Source: Vicugna vicugna
Lineage: Eukaryota
Direction of reading: 5' to 3'
DNA length: 64,000 nt
NCBI GenBank assembly: GCA_013265495.1
Contig: MU058065.1
Coordinates: 4,443,003 to 4,507,002 of the forward strand
Shown: positions 13,001-25,288 of the stretch, piece by piece
Layout: each line of letters begins with the position of its first letter
Numbering within the stretch: position 1 is the first letter of the stretch
The notes under the pieces: model-generated
Databases searched by the model: none
The model's input: the letters and a program-made list of their open reading frames with translations, nothing else
What the model was told of the DNA's origin: nothing
Position numbers and translations under genes: made by a program

Positions 13001-15115
13001 CCAAGTATGGAGAGCACAAAGGGTTGAGGCTGGAGATTTATAGACACCCCAATCAGACAATAAAGCCCCTGGTCATATTTTTCATGTCCTTACAAGTAAC
13101 TTCCCATTCTTCTGCCCTTTTTGTTTTTTGAGAAAGGAATTTTTTTTTAAGCATCAGTTAAACTAAACAAAACATATAAGATCAAATCAGTAAACTGTAC
13201 GAATACACTGGAAATAATAATCCTTTTTTTAAAAAAAATACTTGGAACTGTAGTTTGGCAAAGAAATACAGCAAAGTGGATATGAAAGAAAAGGTCACAT
13301 AAAATTACTGAAATCCACAAATTGAGGGTGTTATTTTTACTTATCATTTCATATTTCAAATGGCTTCTGAGTAATGATCCTTGTAAATGTTTGTTCACAA
13401 ATAGAGGTATGAATTCTGTGTGGGTGTTAATACCATTTACAAAGGGGAATTACTTAAGATGCATTATTGGTGTAGAGGGTGGTAGTTATTTTTGCCTTCT
13501 AATATGAGAATAAATACAAATGACATTCTCAGGGAAAAGTGAAGTAATTTCTACTCAGTCGAATGGCAGTGTTTTCAATTTTATGACTTTTCTTAGCCTG
13601 CAGGTTGTTATTTTGGAAAGTATATTCAAGAATTTTTTTTTCCTTCCATTCTTCCTAGGAAACACTAAACCTATCCATTACCAAAGACTCCTACCAGTTT
13701 AAACAGAATTCTAAAACTGTAACTTTTTCTAGGCCAAGAAGAAGCCAGCAATCTCCACCCAGAAGGCATTTTATAACCCACTAAAATGACCTCAGCATGA
13801 GCCAGATTTTAAAGGGAAAAAATAATTCTGACATCCCACATTTAGCTTTTGGTTGCAGTATTTATCCCACCAATTAGGTATAGAAATAATTATTTATACA
13901 CGCACACACACTTCAAAATATCTTTGTGTATTTTTTAGTCTTTTTGCCTTATTTTTTCTGTTATGTCAACTTTGAATAAAACGTGCTTATGAAAAAATTT
14001 AAAAGATGTGTTTAATATAGACTTTTAAAATAGGAAAAAATTCAGTATCATAGTTATTTTTTAAACTGTCAGTGCATTATAAAACTTTTCATATCCATAC
14101 TGATTAATCTATGTGATATTTTATACAAAATAAATAAAATTGCATTTGTGCTTGAGAAAAGAAAATGTAAATGTAACTTAAAATTGAGTTTGGTATTCAC
14201 TGGTACTAGAATTCTAATATGTAAGCATTGTCCCTGAAGAAGAAACTTGAGGGAAAAATTTTAAAGTATTCAAGAGTTAAGCTTCAATAAACATTGTTAT
14301 GAAATAGAATAACAAACTGGGTTCATTTTATTACACTGAATCAGAAATGACTCTATATAGTGTATGTGTTTGTGTGTGCACGTGCGCGTGTATGGGTGAT
14401 ACACATCATTTAGATATATATATATCCATATGTATATAACTTTGTTAAAATGGGTTAAATTCCCACAAGCAATAAGTGATCCCAAAATACCACAATGTAA
14501 TGAAATTACTACAAGTTGGTTTATTACATTTTATTTCTTGTGCATCTGATTTTTTTTAAAGCTAGAGAAAAAAATTACCAAATGTTTATAGACAGATGGT
14601 TTAAACTTAATCAGATTAAATATCAACATGGAAATCAATTCAAGGTCGGAAAACTCCAAGAATGCTTTCAAAAAATCTGTAACAAGGCAACTTCATAAGA
14701 CAGAGTGAGGCAGAACACTCGTATTTCATCTGCTGGATTTATTCTGCAATTGACTCGAGTGTGCCTCAAATGAGTTGTCTTCATAAATGGTTGCCAGAGT
14801 ATATTTCTGAAGTTAGTATAAATGTTTTGTTTGACAGTTGGGATTTGAGAAGTTGAACTAGTTTCTTTTTCTTCAAAAACTAGCTTCAGTACATGATTGT
14901 CTAACTTTAAAAAGCATGGTAAATTCCTGATTGGTAGTATCCGTCTTTAACCTCAGCTTTGTGTAGGGTACTGAATAGTCACAATTCAGATGGATATTCA
15001 TTGTTGTTATGTAGAGCCAATTTATAATTATTTATTCTAAATCTATATAGGCTTCCTTTCTACTTCCTTGTATAAAATTAGCATAAAAATGTATTTGTCT
15101 TGAAGAGCTATTGAC

Positions 15116-15762
15116 ATTCTCAAATTGACTGCAGCATTATTCATAATAGTCAAGATTTGGAAACATCCCCAATATCTATCAGTAGATGAATGGATTAAAA
15201 AAATGTAGTATATAAATATGCATACGATGGACTATTACTCAGCCTGGAAAAAAAGGAAAGAAATCCTGTCATCTGTGACAACACTTTTGGACCTAGAAGA
15301 CATTATGCTAAATGAGTTGGTCAATCACAGAAGAATAAATACTACATGATTCCACTTACATGAATATGTAAAACAGTCAAACTCATAGAAGCAGAGGATA
15401 GAATGGTGTTTGCCCAAGGGGTGGGGAAGGGGGAACAGGGAATTGCTCAATGACTATGAAGTTAATTATACAAGATGCATACGTTCTAGAGACCTGTTAA
15501 GTACTGAGCATACAGTTAATAACATCATGCTGTGCACTTAAAAACTTATTAAGAAGACAGATTTCATGCCAAGTTGTCTTACCACAACAACAACAAAAAG
15601 AGAGGAGACACAAGCAATCTTTCGGAAGTTGTGGATGCATTTATTACCTTGTTCGTGATGATGCTACCACAGGTATGCATATGTCCAAACTCATCAAGAC
15701 GCATATTAAATATGTTCAACTTTTGTATATTAATATGCCTCAATAAAGTTGAAAAAAAAAAG
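15116..15762 (+). mobile_element. L1MB-like 3' end with poly(A) tail
   Basis: 'gcagcattattcataatagtcaagatttggaaaca...gatgaatggattaaaaaaatgt' through 'cctcaataaagttgaaaaaaaaaa'. Confidence 0.9.
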
Positions 15763-16682
15763 AACTCTTTTCATACAAGGAAGAAGGTTAGCTCCCCCCT
15801 AGTCTAAAGGTATCTTCATCGTACATCTGAAGAAAGAGAGAGGGCAGGTAAATATCTTACATGCTAAAACAAGTTTGCGGTCAAGTCCATCTTAGATCCT
15901 GGGTCACCTGATTTATAACATAAATCTCCAAAACTAGATAGAATGCTACCTTTCCTGATCTACATTTAAATTGCTTTGTGAATTAGACTTTGGTCACTTA
16001 CGTATTTTTCTGCCCTCTGCCTCTCCCGTTAACCTTTACTCACAGATTATTTCAGGACCCACTCACAAACGTCAGAATCCAGGCTTGAAAGGATAGACCT
16101 ATTTTGGATTTTGATAGATGACCTTCAATACATAAATGTTTTTTATCTTTGCCTAGATGTAATTAATGTCAACATGGCTCCACGTTTTAACAGAAATAAT
16201 GATGCTCTCGTCTCAGATTTACCCAGCTAAAATGAACTCTACAGTCAAGCGTAGTGACCAGGGAAATTCAAGTCTAAATTTTGCCTTTGCCTGAATTAAT
16301 CAGATGGCTACCTCCATCTTATAGGCCTTAATTGGCTGTATCACATAGGAGATGACTCAAAGTCTTGGCTCAGGTTTTTAGGGAGATGTGAAAGCTTCTT
16401 AGGACCACTGGTACATCTTCCTCTTCCTAGAGCTGTCTGTAGGCTTTTAAGGCTGTTACCGTTGAGTCGTAATTTTTCTCCATGGCATAAACAGCATTCC
16501 TATCCAGGGTCCATTCCTCCCACCAACTACCATTTGAAAACCACTGGGTCGCTCTATATTTACAAGAATCTGCTTACACTTCTTACCTCACATTTTCATT
16601 ACTATTTTAAACAAAAATATAATTTCTATTATTACTTCCTATTCCCTTTTCCCTGAAGGTGAAGGAAATGATTAAGAAATTT

Positions 16683-16815
16683 AATAACCTATAATGAAAA
16701 AGAATTTGAAAATGAATATATGTGTATGACTGAACTATTATGCTGTACACCAGAAACTGACACATTATAAACTGACTATATTTCAATTAAAAAATTTTTA
16801 AAAATTAAAAAATAA
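16683..16815 (+). mobile_element. Short 5'-truncated young L1 3' end (camelid type)
   Basis: 'aataacctataatgaaaaagaatttgaaaatgaatata...atgactgaactattatgctgtacaccagaaactgacacattataaactgactata'; closely similar to 60734-60850 in this window. Confidence 0.85.
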
Positions 16816-17487
16816 ACTTATAAAAGTTGAATAGCTCCCATTTCCTCCCATCCCTTAATTTCCTGAAGATTGTGGGATTTCTGAGACTCCACACCACCAA
16901 ACTCCGTGGACTGTATTCATGTTTCAGATCTCAGAACTAATCCACTCAGAGGGTTATATTTTGTTCTTCATTTAAAGCACTCTGCATACCAACCTGTCAT
17001 ATAATCATATAATCAGAATAACAAAAGCAGGTACATGAAAAAGACTGTTCTTGTCACGGGAAAATGTCACCTCTACCGATTTAAACTTCCAATACTACAT
17101 AGTTTTTTCTTCCAAATATTTCAGGGTGACAAGCAATTTTTATCTTGCAAAATGTAACTTTCAGCTTAAGTAACAGCTTCTTAAAAGTTGTTTTGATCAC
17201 CTCAACTTCAAAGTAAGAATCTCAAAGGAGAAAATTGCAAAAAACACTTTTGCTATAATGCCCAATTTTCCTAGCCATAAATACCTATTCAATTCAAACA
17301 AACAAAAGAAATGAAAAACAATTCCCTTGGTCATAGGAGAATGTCCAAATCAATTAAAGTAATTAATAATAACAAAACGCTTATTAAGTTCTGAGTGCTG
17401 TTATATGCAAATGTTTAAATTCTCCAAGGAGATTTCACATCTGCGTGTAAGATGATGGCTTCCGGCATATGGCACTGAATATAAGTA

Positions 17488-17990
17488 CTGTTTCTTTTAT
17501 CTATGGTGGTGTAACAACCACCTCAAAATTTAGTGGCTTTAAACAACAAGAATCATTTATTTTACTCACAAATTTACAATTTGAGCAGGAATTGGTGGGA
17601 AAGGCTGGTCTCTGTTCCACTCAGTATCAGGTGTGAGATGCTTCCAGGATGGCTGGGCAGTTGGTACTGACTGTCACCTGGGAGAGCAAGGGGGCTGAAG
17701 ACGGGAGCCTCAGTTCCTTTCCACATGAGGCTCCTCAAGAAGCATCAGCTTCCTCACAGCATAGCGGCTGCATTCCAAGGGCAGGCATCCTGGCAGAGAG
17801 AGAGCCAGAAAGAAGGCTTTTATGACCTGACTTTGGACATCAAATAGTGTCATGTCTACTCATTCTATTCACAAGAAGCAAGTCATTAAGACCAGTCCCT
17901 ACTCAACTCATATTCAAAGGAAAGGGAATTGGACTCAAGTCTTGATGGAAGGAAGGTTAACAAATTTGTGACATATCTTTAAGCCATCAG
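17488..17990 (-). mobile_element. MLT1H-like MaLR LTR
   Basis: 'tgtaacaaccacctcaaaatttagtggctttaaacaac...ttttatgacctgactttgga...cttgatggaaggaag'. Confidence 0.8.
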
Positions 17991-18084
17991 AATATGAAAC
18001 AGGGGATGCTAAGAATAAATTCTAGGTTAATTCTGAAAAGATAGATCAATTCTTCCTTGAATTATAATTTTTAAATATCACTCA

Positions 18085-18260
18085 TTGAACTCTTAGCATG
18101 TGTTTTGCATCCATTTTCAGGAATCTTTACACACATTCTAAGTATTTTCCATTTTACAGATGCAAGAAATTCACAGTCACAGTGGGAAAGGATTTGCCCA
18201 AGTTCACATAAATAGTAAATGGTAGAACAAAGGGTTTAAAAATTGACCTGCTACCCTATG
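18085..18260 (-). mobile_element. MIR SINE fragment
   Basis: 'ccattttacagatgcaagaaatt...gatttgcccaagttcacata'. Confidence 0.7.
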
Positions 18261-20038
18261 CTAAAGTTCTAAGGAGGAGTGAGATTTGACTCAGGATTTG
18301 GCAGCTGGATGAGATTTAAGTGGCCAGAGAAGGACAGGAGTGCTGTCTCACTGGAGAATGATGTGACAGAGACTTTAGGAGAGCATAAGATAGTTTGCAT
18401 CAGAACCATTTGGCTGCGCCAGCATTTTTGTGCACTACTATCTTGGCGGCCATACCTGAGACAGGTGTGGAATAAAGATATGCTTCTGGTCCTTGCTGTC
18501 TGGGAGGTCTGGGCAGAGAATGTGGCAAAAGTCTTTCTAGATAATTTGGTTCTAGTGTATTCTCAGGAGGCTCAGGGACGGTGAAGAGGGGACTGGGTTC
18601 TGGGGGAGTCGGCACATTAGAACCAGGTCAGGCATCCTTGAATAGTCGCATACAGTTTAGCAAGTAAGATTTCAGCTAAGTTGACAGATACACTGCAATT
18701 TCTGGAATTATTACTCACTTGGAATTCAGCGCCACCTTTTCTCCATAAAGAGCATCTGGTTCTCAGTGTGGATGCAGGCAGTCAGGCATATAAAACATTT
18801 TTCCATGTTTTTCTTTAAGAAGTTGTGCCATACCACTCTCTTGAGTTTTAAGAAGGGCTGAACAGTATGCTAAATTTTAGTTTTTAGTCAAATCCTTTAA
18901 AATATGTCTATTATTTCACACTTAAATATTTTGTAAAAGCAGAATTATCTGCCAGGCATACCATGATGTATATATATATATATTTTCCTTGTTAAAGCTT
19001 TTATGTTTTCATTTGCTTAAAATAGAAAATAAGTGGTTTAATCATTGTAAATCTAGCCATAATGTTGGCTTTGTTCTTTATTTCTTAAAGAAGTTATGGC
19101 TTTAAATAATGGTTTGGGGTTGTAACGGTAACATATAACAATAGTGATAGTAATTGTAATCACAGTAATTACAAGAAAATGATAGAAAACATCTGTTGAG
19201 GACTATTTTTGGCCTTCTATAACCATCATATCATTTAATGATTACAGTAATATATAGAATAAGTCATATTTGTTTTCGCACACAAAGAGACAGGCTCAAA
19301 GAGGCTAAATGACTTAATTCAGCAATGGTAGAGCTAGAGATCAAATCTGTGTTTCTTTTTTTCCCCCCATTAAGCCAGGGTGGTGCTTTAGGCAAGATCC
19401 TAAAATACAGGTTGAAAATGTACAGGTTATTCTATGATTACAGATCATTGTAGCCAACCTGAGAGCTTTGTCAGATTTCCAATTTTTTTTGATATTCCTT
19501 GTTACTTTGGAATAATAGCTTACGTTATGAAAGTGCTTCAGAATTAAAAATACTTTCACACGCATCTGTTCTCATTTCTCGCAACATTTTTAGTCTCACT
19601 TTACAAATTGGACACCAGTTTATATTATAACTAGATTATTCTTTGTTATCTAATGACCATAGGGATAGAGATAAAGCACGTTCTCCCACATATACACACA
19701 GGAAGAGCTCAGTAAACAGTTCAGTGAATCAGCACATGCCCTTCACAAAGGCGTGTGTCCTTGTTGACAGTTGTGGTAACTGACTACTAACACCAGACAG
19801 AGGAAATCTTTGCCCTAAAATTGAGAAGAGCCCCAAAAAAGGTTAGGGAAGAAGAGGATGACCCACAGACCCAAGTCTCTAAGGGCATTGACCTATGTTC
19901 TGCATCAAAGCCTTAAAAACAGTCTCCCAGAATGCTTCTATTGGTATCTACCCCACGGTCAGTCTTGAGCACACATAGTCTATCTGAGTGAGATCCCAGG
20001 CTGCAAAGAGCTTGCTCAACCAAATCTGGAATGAAAAA

Positions 20039-20062
<24 letters not shown>
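20039..20062. repeat. (AC)n microsatellite
   Basis: Direct reading. Confidence 0.95.
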
Positions 20063-20069
<7 letters not shown>

Positions 20070-21516
20070 GGAAGGGAACACAGTCTTCAACACATTCTGT
20101 CAGTCCTGCTGCTGCCGTAAACTGGATCTGTCAACCCATCCATCAATTAACCATAAAAATTAAGATGAGGAAAAGGACAATACATGGCTTGAAGTTTCCA
20201 AAAAAAAAAAAAAAACGCTTTACCGACCCACAGTCACTTGTCCTTCCCTGCGTCCACTCTGGAAGCGTTCTTCCCAGGCCACGCTTTCTATCACCCTGGC
20301 CCCTTTCTTCACAAAGCAGGAGCTATGCAGCCATTCTAGGGGATCGAGTTTGAAAGAGGCATCTAGAAAGACAGTCACTGATTTTTACTTTTTTATCACA
20401 GAACTTTGAGAACAAATGACTCTTAAAATGAACATTTCCATAGAAATGCAGCATTTACCCTATTCTTCCCAACTGCACAATATGCGTTTATGAAGTGTGT
20501 CTGTAGCCATTGTAAACCTGCCAGTCAGTGACATAAGTAAGAGTGACCAACATTGCTTCAGAGGATGTAGCATCCAGAGAAAACAAAAGTAATCTGTTGT
20601 TCAGAAATCTAGGAATATAATTACAGCTCCACAGCTACAATCTAGAATTAGTCAACTTATGATGCAATTGTAAACTTTCTGAGTTGTCCTCAGCTGTAGC
20701 GATGGAAGTGACAGTTACTACTCAGGAAGGTCGGAGGAAAGGAGAAGCTATTCCAGGTGAATCAGCTAGTCTGCATTCTTTGAAAGAAAGGTGTTGATTG
20801 TATTTGAGATGTAATTCTGCATTTAAACCAAGTATGAATTAACTCAGGGGCGTTTGGAACCTAGAATGGGTTCAAAATTAGGGCAATGAAAAATGAGGTT
20901 TTATTTTCATTGAAAGATGAGGAATCTTCTTCAATTCAAGTTTCAGTGTCATAGCGCTGACGCATGACTTATTCACTGACAATTCCTCTTGGAGTGAGAG
21001 GTCAGATAATTAACCCATTGTATCACCCATTCACCTATGTGTGCCAGCTGTTTGGGAGAACTTGAAAAAATGATGGAAAATTCTTAATGTTCTCTGACAG
21101 TACAATATTTGTACTTAGACTCTGGCCATTGCAGAATGATGCTTCCCTGTTAGAACGGCCAGTCAATCTCACCGCATGATGGAAAACAGATGTAAGATTA
21201 GGATGCAAAGTAGTTTTCCAGATCCTTGGTCCCAGCATGCTACACAGTCCAGCCCCAGAGTTAACCAGCCAAGTGCTGACACATGTCTTACAGCAAAATA
21301 TCCCTCACAGCCACAGTTCAAAGGCCTCGCTACCCTCCAGGGCAATTAATACAGCATCACGTTCAATGGTGCTTGAACCAAATCCATTGAATCCTCAGGG
21401 GAGAAATAACGGAGCAATCGCAGAGCTCAGACAAGAGCAGCATGCAGTGGTGGCTAAAGTTTCAGTCCCTGAAAACGTAGCTTTTCCTGAAAGCACGTGT
21501 AAGGTTACAGACTTAC

Positions 21517-21566
21517 TTGGAGGGAGCGATGCGCTCAGATTGTGTGATCGATGGAGAGGACAGTTC
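21517..21566 (-). other. Candidate 50-nt exon of an unidentified transcript
   Basis: Minus strand: gctttcatgctgtcttccag|GAACTG...CCTCCAA|gtaagt, a consensus donor with a pyrimidine-rich acceptor, in non-repeat sequence. No recognisable peptide. Confidence 0.35.
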
Positions 21567-21605
21567 CTGGAAGACAGCATGAAAGCTGAAGCATTGTTAT
21601 TTAAT

Positions 21606-21734
21606 AAGAACGAAAGAAAAGGAAACAGAAAGGAGGGAGAGATAAAGAGAGAGAGAAGAGGAGGGAGACAGGAGAAAGAGGAGGAGGAGGAGGAATAGAG
21701 GGAGGAAGTGAGGAAGGAAGGGAAGGAAAAAAAA
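21606..21734. repeat. Purine-rich (GA) low-complexity tract
   Basis: Nearly all A/G on the plus strand, including (GAG)n and GGAA units. Confidence 0.9.
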
Positions 21735-22679
21735 ATCTATCTAGAGCGGTTCACTCTGCCATAGTACAGGTTTTCAAGTTTGCCTCATTGGAGATAACCA
21801 GAGAATTGTATTCTGGAAAATTGTAAGCCGGAAGTCACTGTTGGTGTGCACTACCAGAAGCAAAACAGCTCCTTTCTGAGACACGTAGTAAACATGGTTC
21901 AATTCCGTCCTGAGCGATGAACTCAAGGGTTACATTTTGCTCACTTGTGTTCAGCATTCCCTAAGGCTTATTGGATTAAAAACATGGTAGCCAACAAACC
22001 ATATTGTTCAAATTTAAAAAGAAAGAAAAATCTAAACGGTGACAAGGTGTTTTGTAACCTCTTACACGTAAACTCCAAGTAAGTATTTTTACTTTTGGGG
22101 GGATTTGGAAACAAGTGTCAGGACCATCAGCTTCTAAAGCTACCTGGAGCCCTGTTATGAGTCAGGAACCCCCGGACACCACATTAGCTTTCGGGCCCCC
22201 GTGGCATCACTTAGCATTTTGTAAGGAAGCAATAATTCAGGGGCCAAAAAGACTAATTCGATATTCCAAGGGGCCTCACTTTCCCGCAAGCTGAGAAAAT
22301 GAAATGTATTCGACATCCTATCCCCTACACACAGGTTTTCCGTATCGTGCAGTATTTGTGGCCCAAGGGGGCTCTTCCTTTGCTGTGCCCATCAGCTGGG
22401 TCGGGAAGACAGCAGGACTGCCCTGTGCAATGCTCCCAGGCCACAGCGAGCAGAATGTATTTGTCATCCTTGCCCTCCCACTTTAAAATGTGTACAAGCC
22501 AAGTATTGTTCACTAAAGAAAATGCAGCTACACAAAAATTAAAATAAAATTCCCGTCACTTAAGGATAACCATGTTAAAGCTTGATGGATGGTATCCCAT
22601 ATTTTATTCCCTGCCCGCGCACATGCGAAGGTAAATGTAGGCGCAACAGCCCAAGGGTATCAATACAAAGACAGGTATT

Positions 22680-22850
22680 ATGTGGGAGAGATTGAGTGTG
22701 GTCTCTGGCAGCCAGACTGCCAAGTGTAAAGGTCACGTTTGTCACTAGCTGTCTTATCTTTGGTGAATCACTTCAGGTCTCCAGGCTTAATTCCTCTCCA
22801 ATAAATGAGGGATAATATCAATGAGATTGAAATGAGTTGCTCTGTATAAA
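22680..22850 (+). mobile_element. MIR SINE fragment
   Basis: 'ctctggcagccagactgcc...tcactagctgt...aatcacttcaggtctccaggcttaattcctctccaataaatgagggataat'. Confidence 0.7.
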
Positions 22851-24152
22851 ACATATAAATATATATACTGTACATCAGGACATTTGCTTTTTTTTTTTTT
22901 ACAGTAAACACTATGTAAATATTAGCAATCTGTATTACTCTACTCAGAATCCCTTTTTCCAGGTAACAGTGAACCGTGAACATCTTTCCGTGTCAATAGA
23001 AAGACATTTACACTCCATCTTGAATGGCTGTGTAGAATTAAATGCATTCCATGACTATCTGTCATAGTGTACCTTATTATAAATCTTTAAAAAATTTATT
23101 AAATACAGTAGCCTTTAAAGGCAATGAAGCAAAAAGACTTGACTTAAAAAGAAAATGACCTACAAATAGCACATTTAGAGTGTCATTTTTCTCCATGAAG
23201 CCAGTGCCAGCTGTAGGTGCAAAAACTATGCACACTTTAGTAAATGTGTATGTACACACGTGTTTGTGTGTATGTATATACATATGTATGTACAAGTTTG
23301 TGCATGTGAATGTGTGTGCAATAGTTATGTTGAGATATTTATGAATCTTCCGTTAAGATTATATTTCAAAGTTTGTGAAGATTTTTAGAATGATTTTTGT
23401 TTCACGGAAAGAGCAAAAAACAGTGGACCATAAAGATGGACGTTCAGTGACTACATTACTACTCAAGAAAAACGGGTAATTTTCACACACCAGTTTTCCC
23501 TCCTCATTTATTTTCTAAAACACCCTATGTATTTCATCTGGGTGCATATTATATGAACAGCAAAGAAAGGAGATGTAGCAGGTAGAGTTGAAGGATCAAT
23601 TAATTAATACACAATATTACATTGCAGTAATATGTACACAATACAACCAGTTTTCACTTCTCTAATCGGCAAGATTTTTTTCTATGGGGCCCAGATCTGG
23701 AATCAACTACTGGATTTTTTTTTTAAGAGTACACACACCACCATCACCCCCCGCTATCTCAGCTGTAATACATCAAATTCTAGACCCCAAAGATCCGTGA
23801 CAGCAGGACCCATGCATATATTAGTCTTTCTTGTAGCTTCAGAAACTGACCATGAATGAAAGGATCCAATGACATCTTCTTTCTCCATTTCTAATTGTTT
23901 AGAAATGCTTTTTTCATCCAGTTGGTGCCATCAAATCAGAATCCATTCTGCCTCACTGAGAAACCTCACTGAGAACTGTTATTCACAAGAGGCTCTGATT
24001 AGTTCATGAAATGGGGCATGAGTTTTATGATTCAACAGTACCACACAACCATCCTGCTGCGTGGCCTTCGAATTGAAAGGATTTCTGTTTCCTATCCTGG
24101 CTTCTTGATTCTCATTGGCCATGATAATGCCAAGTCTCATGCAACAGTCTTT

Positions 24153-24450
24153 TTTTTTTTTAAATTGAAGTATAGTCAGTTACAATGTGTCAGTTTCTGG
24201 TGTACACGTCTCAGTCATGCATATACATACCTATATTCATTTTCATATTCTTTATCATTAAAGGTTATTACAAGATATTGAAGATAGTTCCCTGTTCTAT
24301 ACAGAAGAAATTTGTTTTTTTAATCTAGTTTTTTATATAGTGGCTAACATTTACAGATCTCAAACTCTCAAGTTTATCCCTTCCCATCTCCTTTCCCCCA
24401 GTAACTATAAGATTGTTTACTATGTATGCAAGTCTGTTTCTGTTTAGTAG
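24153..24450 (-). mobile_element. Young 5'-truncated L1 3' end (camelid type) with TSD
   Basis: Poly-T then 'aaattgaagtatagtcagttacaatgtgtcagtttctggtgtaca'; TSD ctcatgcaacagtcttt (24136-24152) vs ctcatccaccagtcttt (24451-24467), 15/17 identical. Confidence 0.9.
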
Positions 24451-25250
24451 CTCATCCACCAGTCTTTAACAGAAGAGATAATGGGTCTAAACCAAAAGAC
24501 CCAGGAATCATGTCTTTGTTTTTAATTGCTCCCCACTGTCCTAGGGAGGTACTGGAAAGTAACTGTACAATTATTTGGGAGCAGTAAAGTTTTTATGTTT
24601 CCTCTACCACATTCTAGTTTTCTTTTAACTTTTTTTTTCCAGCCTAATGTTTAGTAATATTAGTTAAAAAAAATTAAATCTTACTAGTCTAAGAAATCAG
24701 GGAGATATGGGATTCCCTAAAATATCATTGTGCCAGGTTCTGAGTAAAAATGAATTATGGTGTTTTTGTAACTCTTTTGAAAAACACTGCGTACCTGCAG
24801 GGGCTATCAGAAAGCAAAGGGAAGAATGGTTATCTCCAGCTGGGTCCTTACCTCAGTCTGGTGAGTCTGGTGGCAAATTAGACCTTAAAGAGCATCAAAA
24901 TTTTGGACTGTCAGAGAGGATGCAGAGAAAGAATTTCAGATAAAGAAACTGGTAACATTCTAAATAACAGGATGGGAGGAGCAGGACGCCCGTTCAGAAA
25001 TGCTGAGCTGACCAGAGCGTAAGGAACATGAGATTTGTTCCAGAAAGTCGAGATATTTACAAGGAAGGGCAACAGGTGAGACTGTTATAAGGATCTTCCT
25101 TGTTAAGCTAAGTTTGGATTTTGTTAAATCCGTAGATGAGAGTCATGAAAGTGTTTTGAGAAGGGAGTAAGTTGTTAAAAGCAGTATTTAGGAACCTGCT
25201 GCCTGTTTCTCAAGTGTGGTGCATGGTACTGAGTTGATGGTGAAGGGAGT

Positions 25251-25251
<1 letters not shown>

Positions 25252-25285
<34 letters not shown>
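25252..25285. repeat. (TG)n microsatellite
   Basis: Direct reading. Confidence 0.95.

Positions 25286-25288
<3 letters not shown>

Noticed and set aside
21237..21698. 153-aa ORF (+) with E/R/G-rich tail
   Set aside because: The tail is translation of the GA-rich low-complexity tract; the rest is unrecognisable.
22945..22970. ccctttttccag|gtaaca acceptor-donor juxtaposition
   Set aside because: Weak donor and lies in an apparent antisense L1ME fragment.
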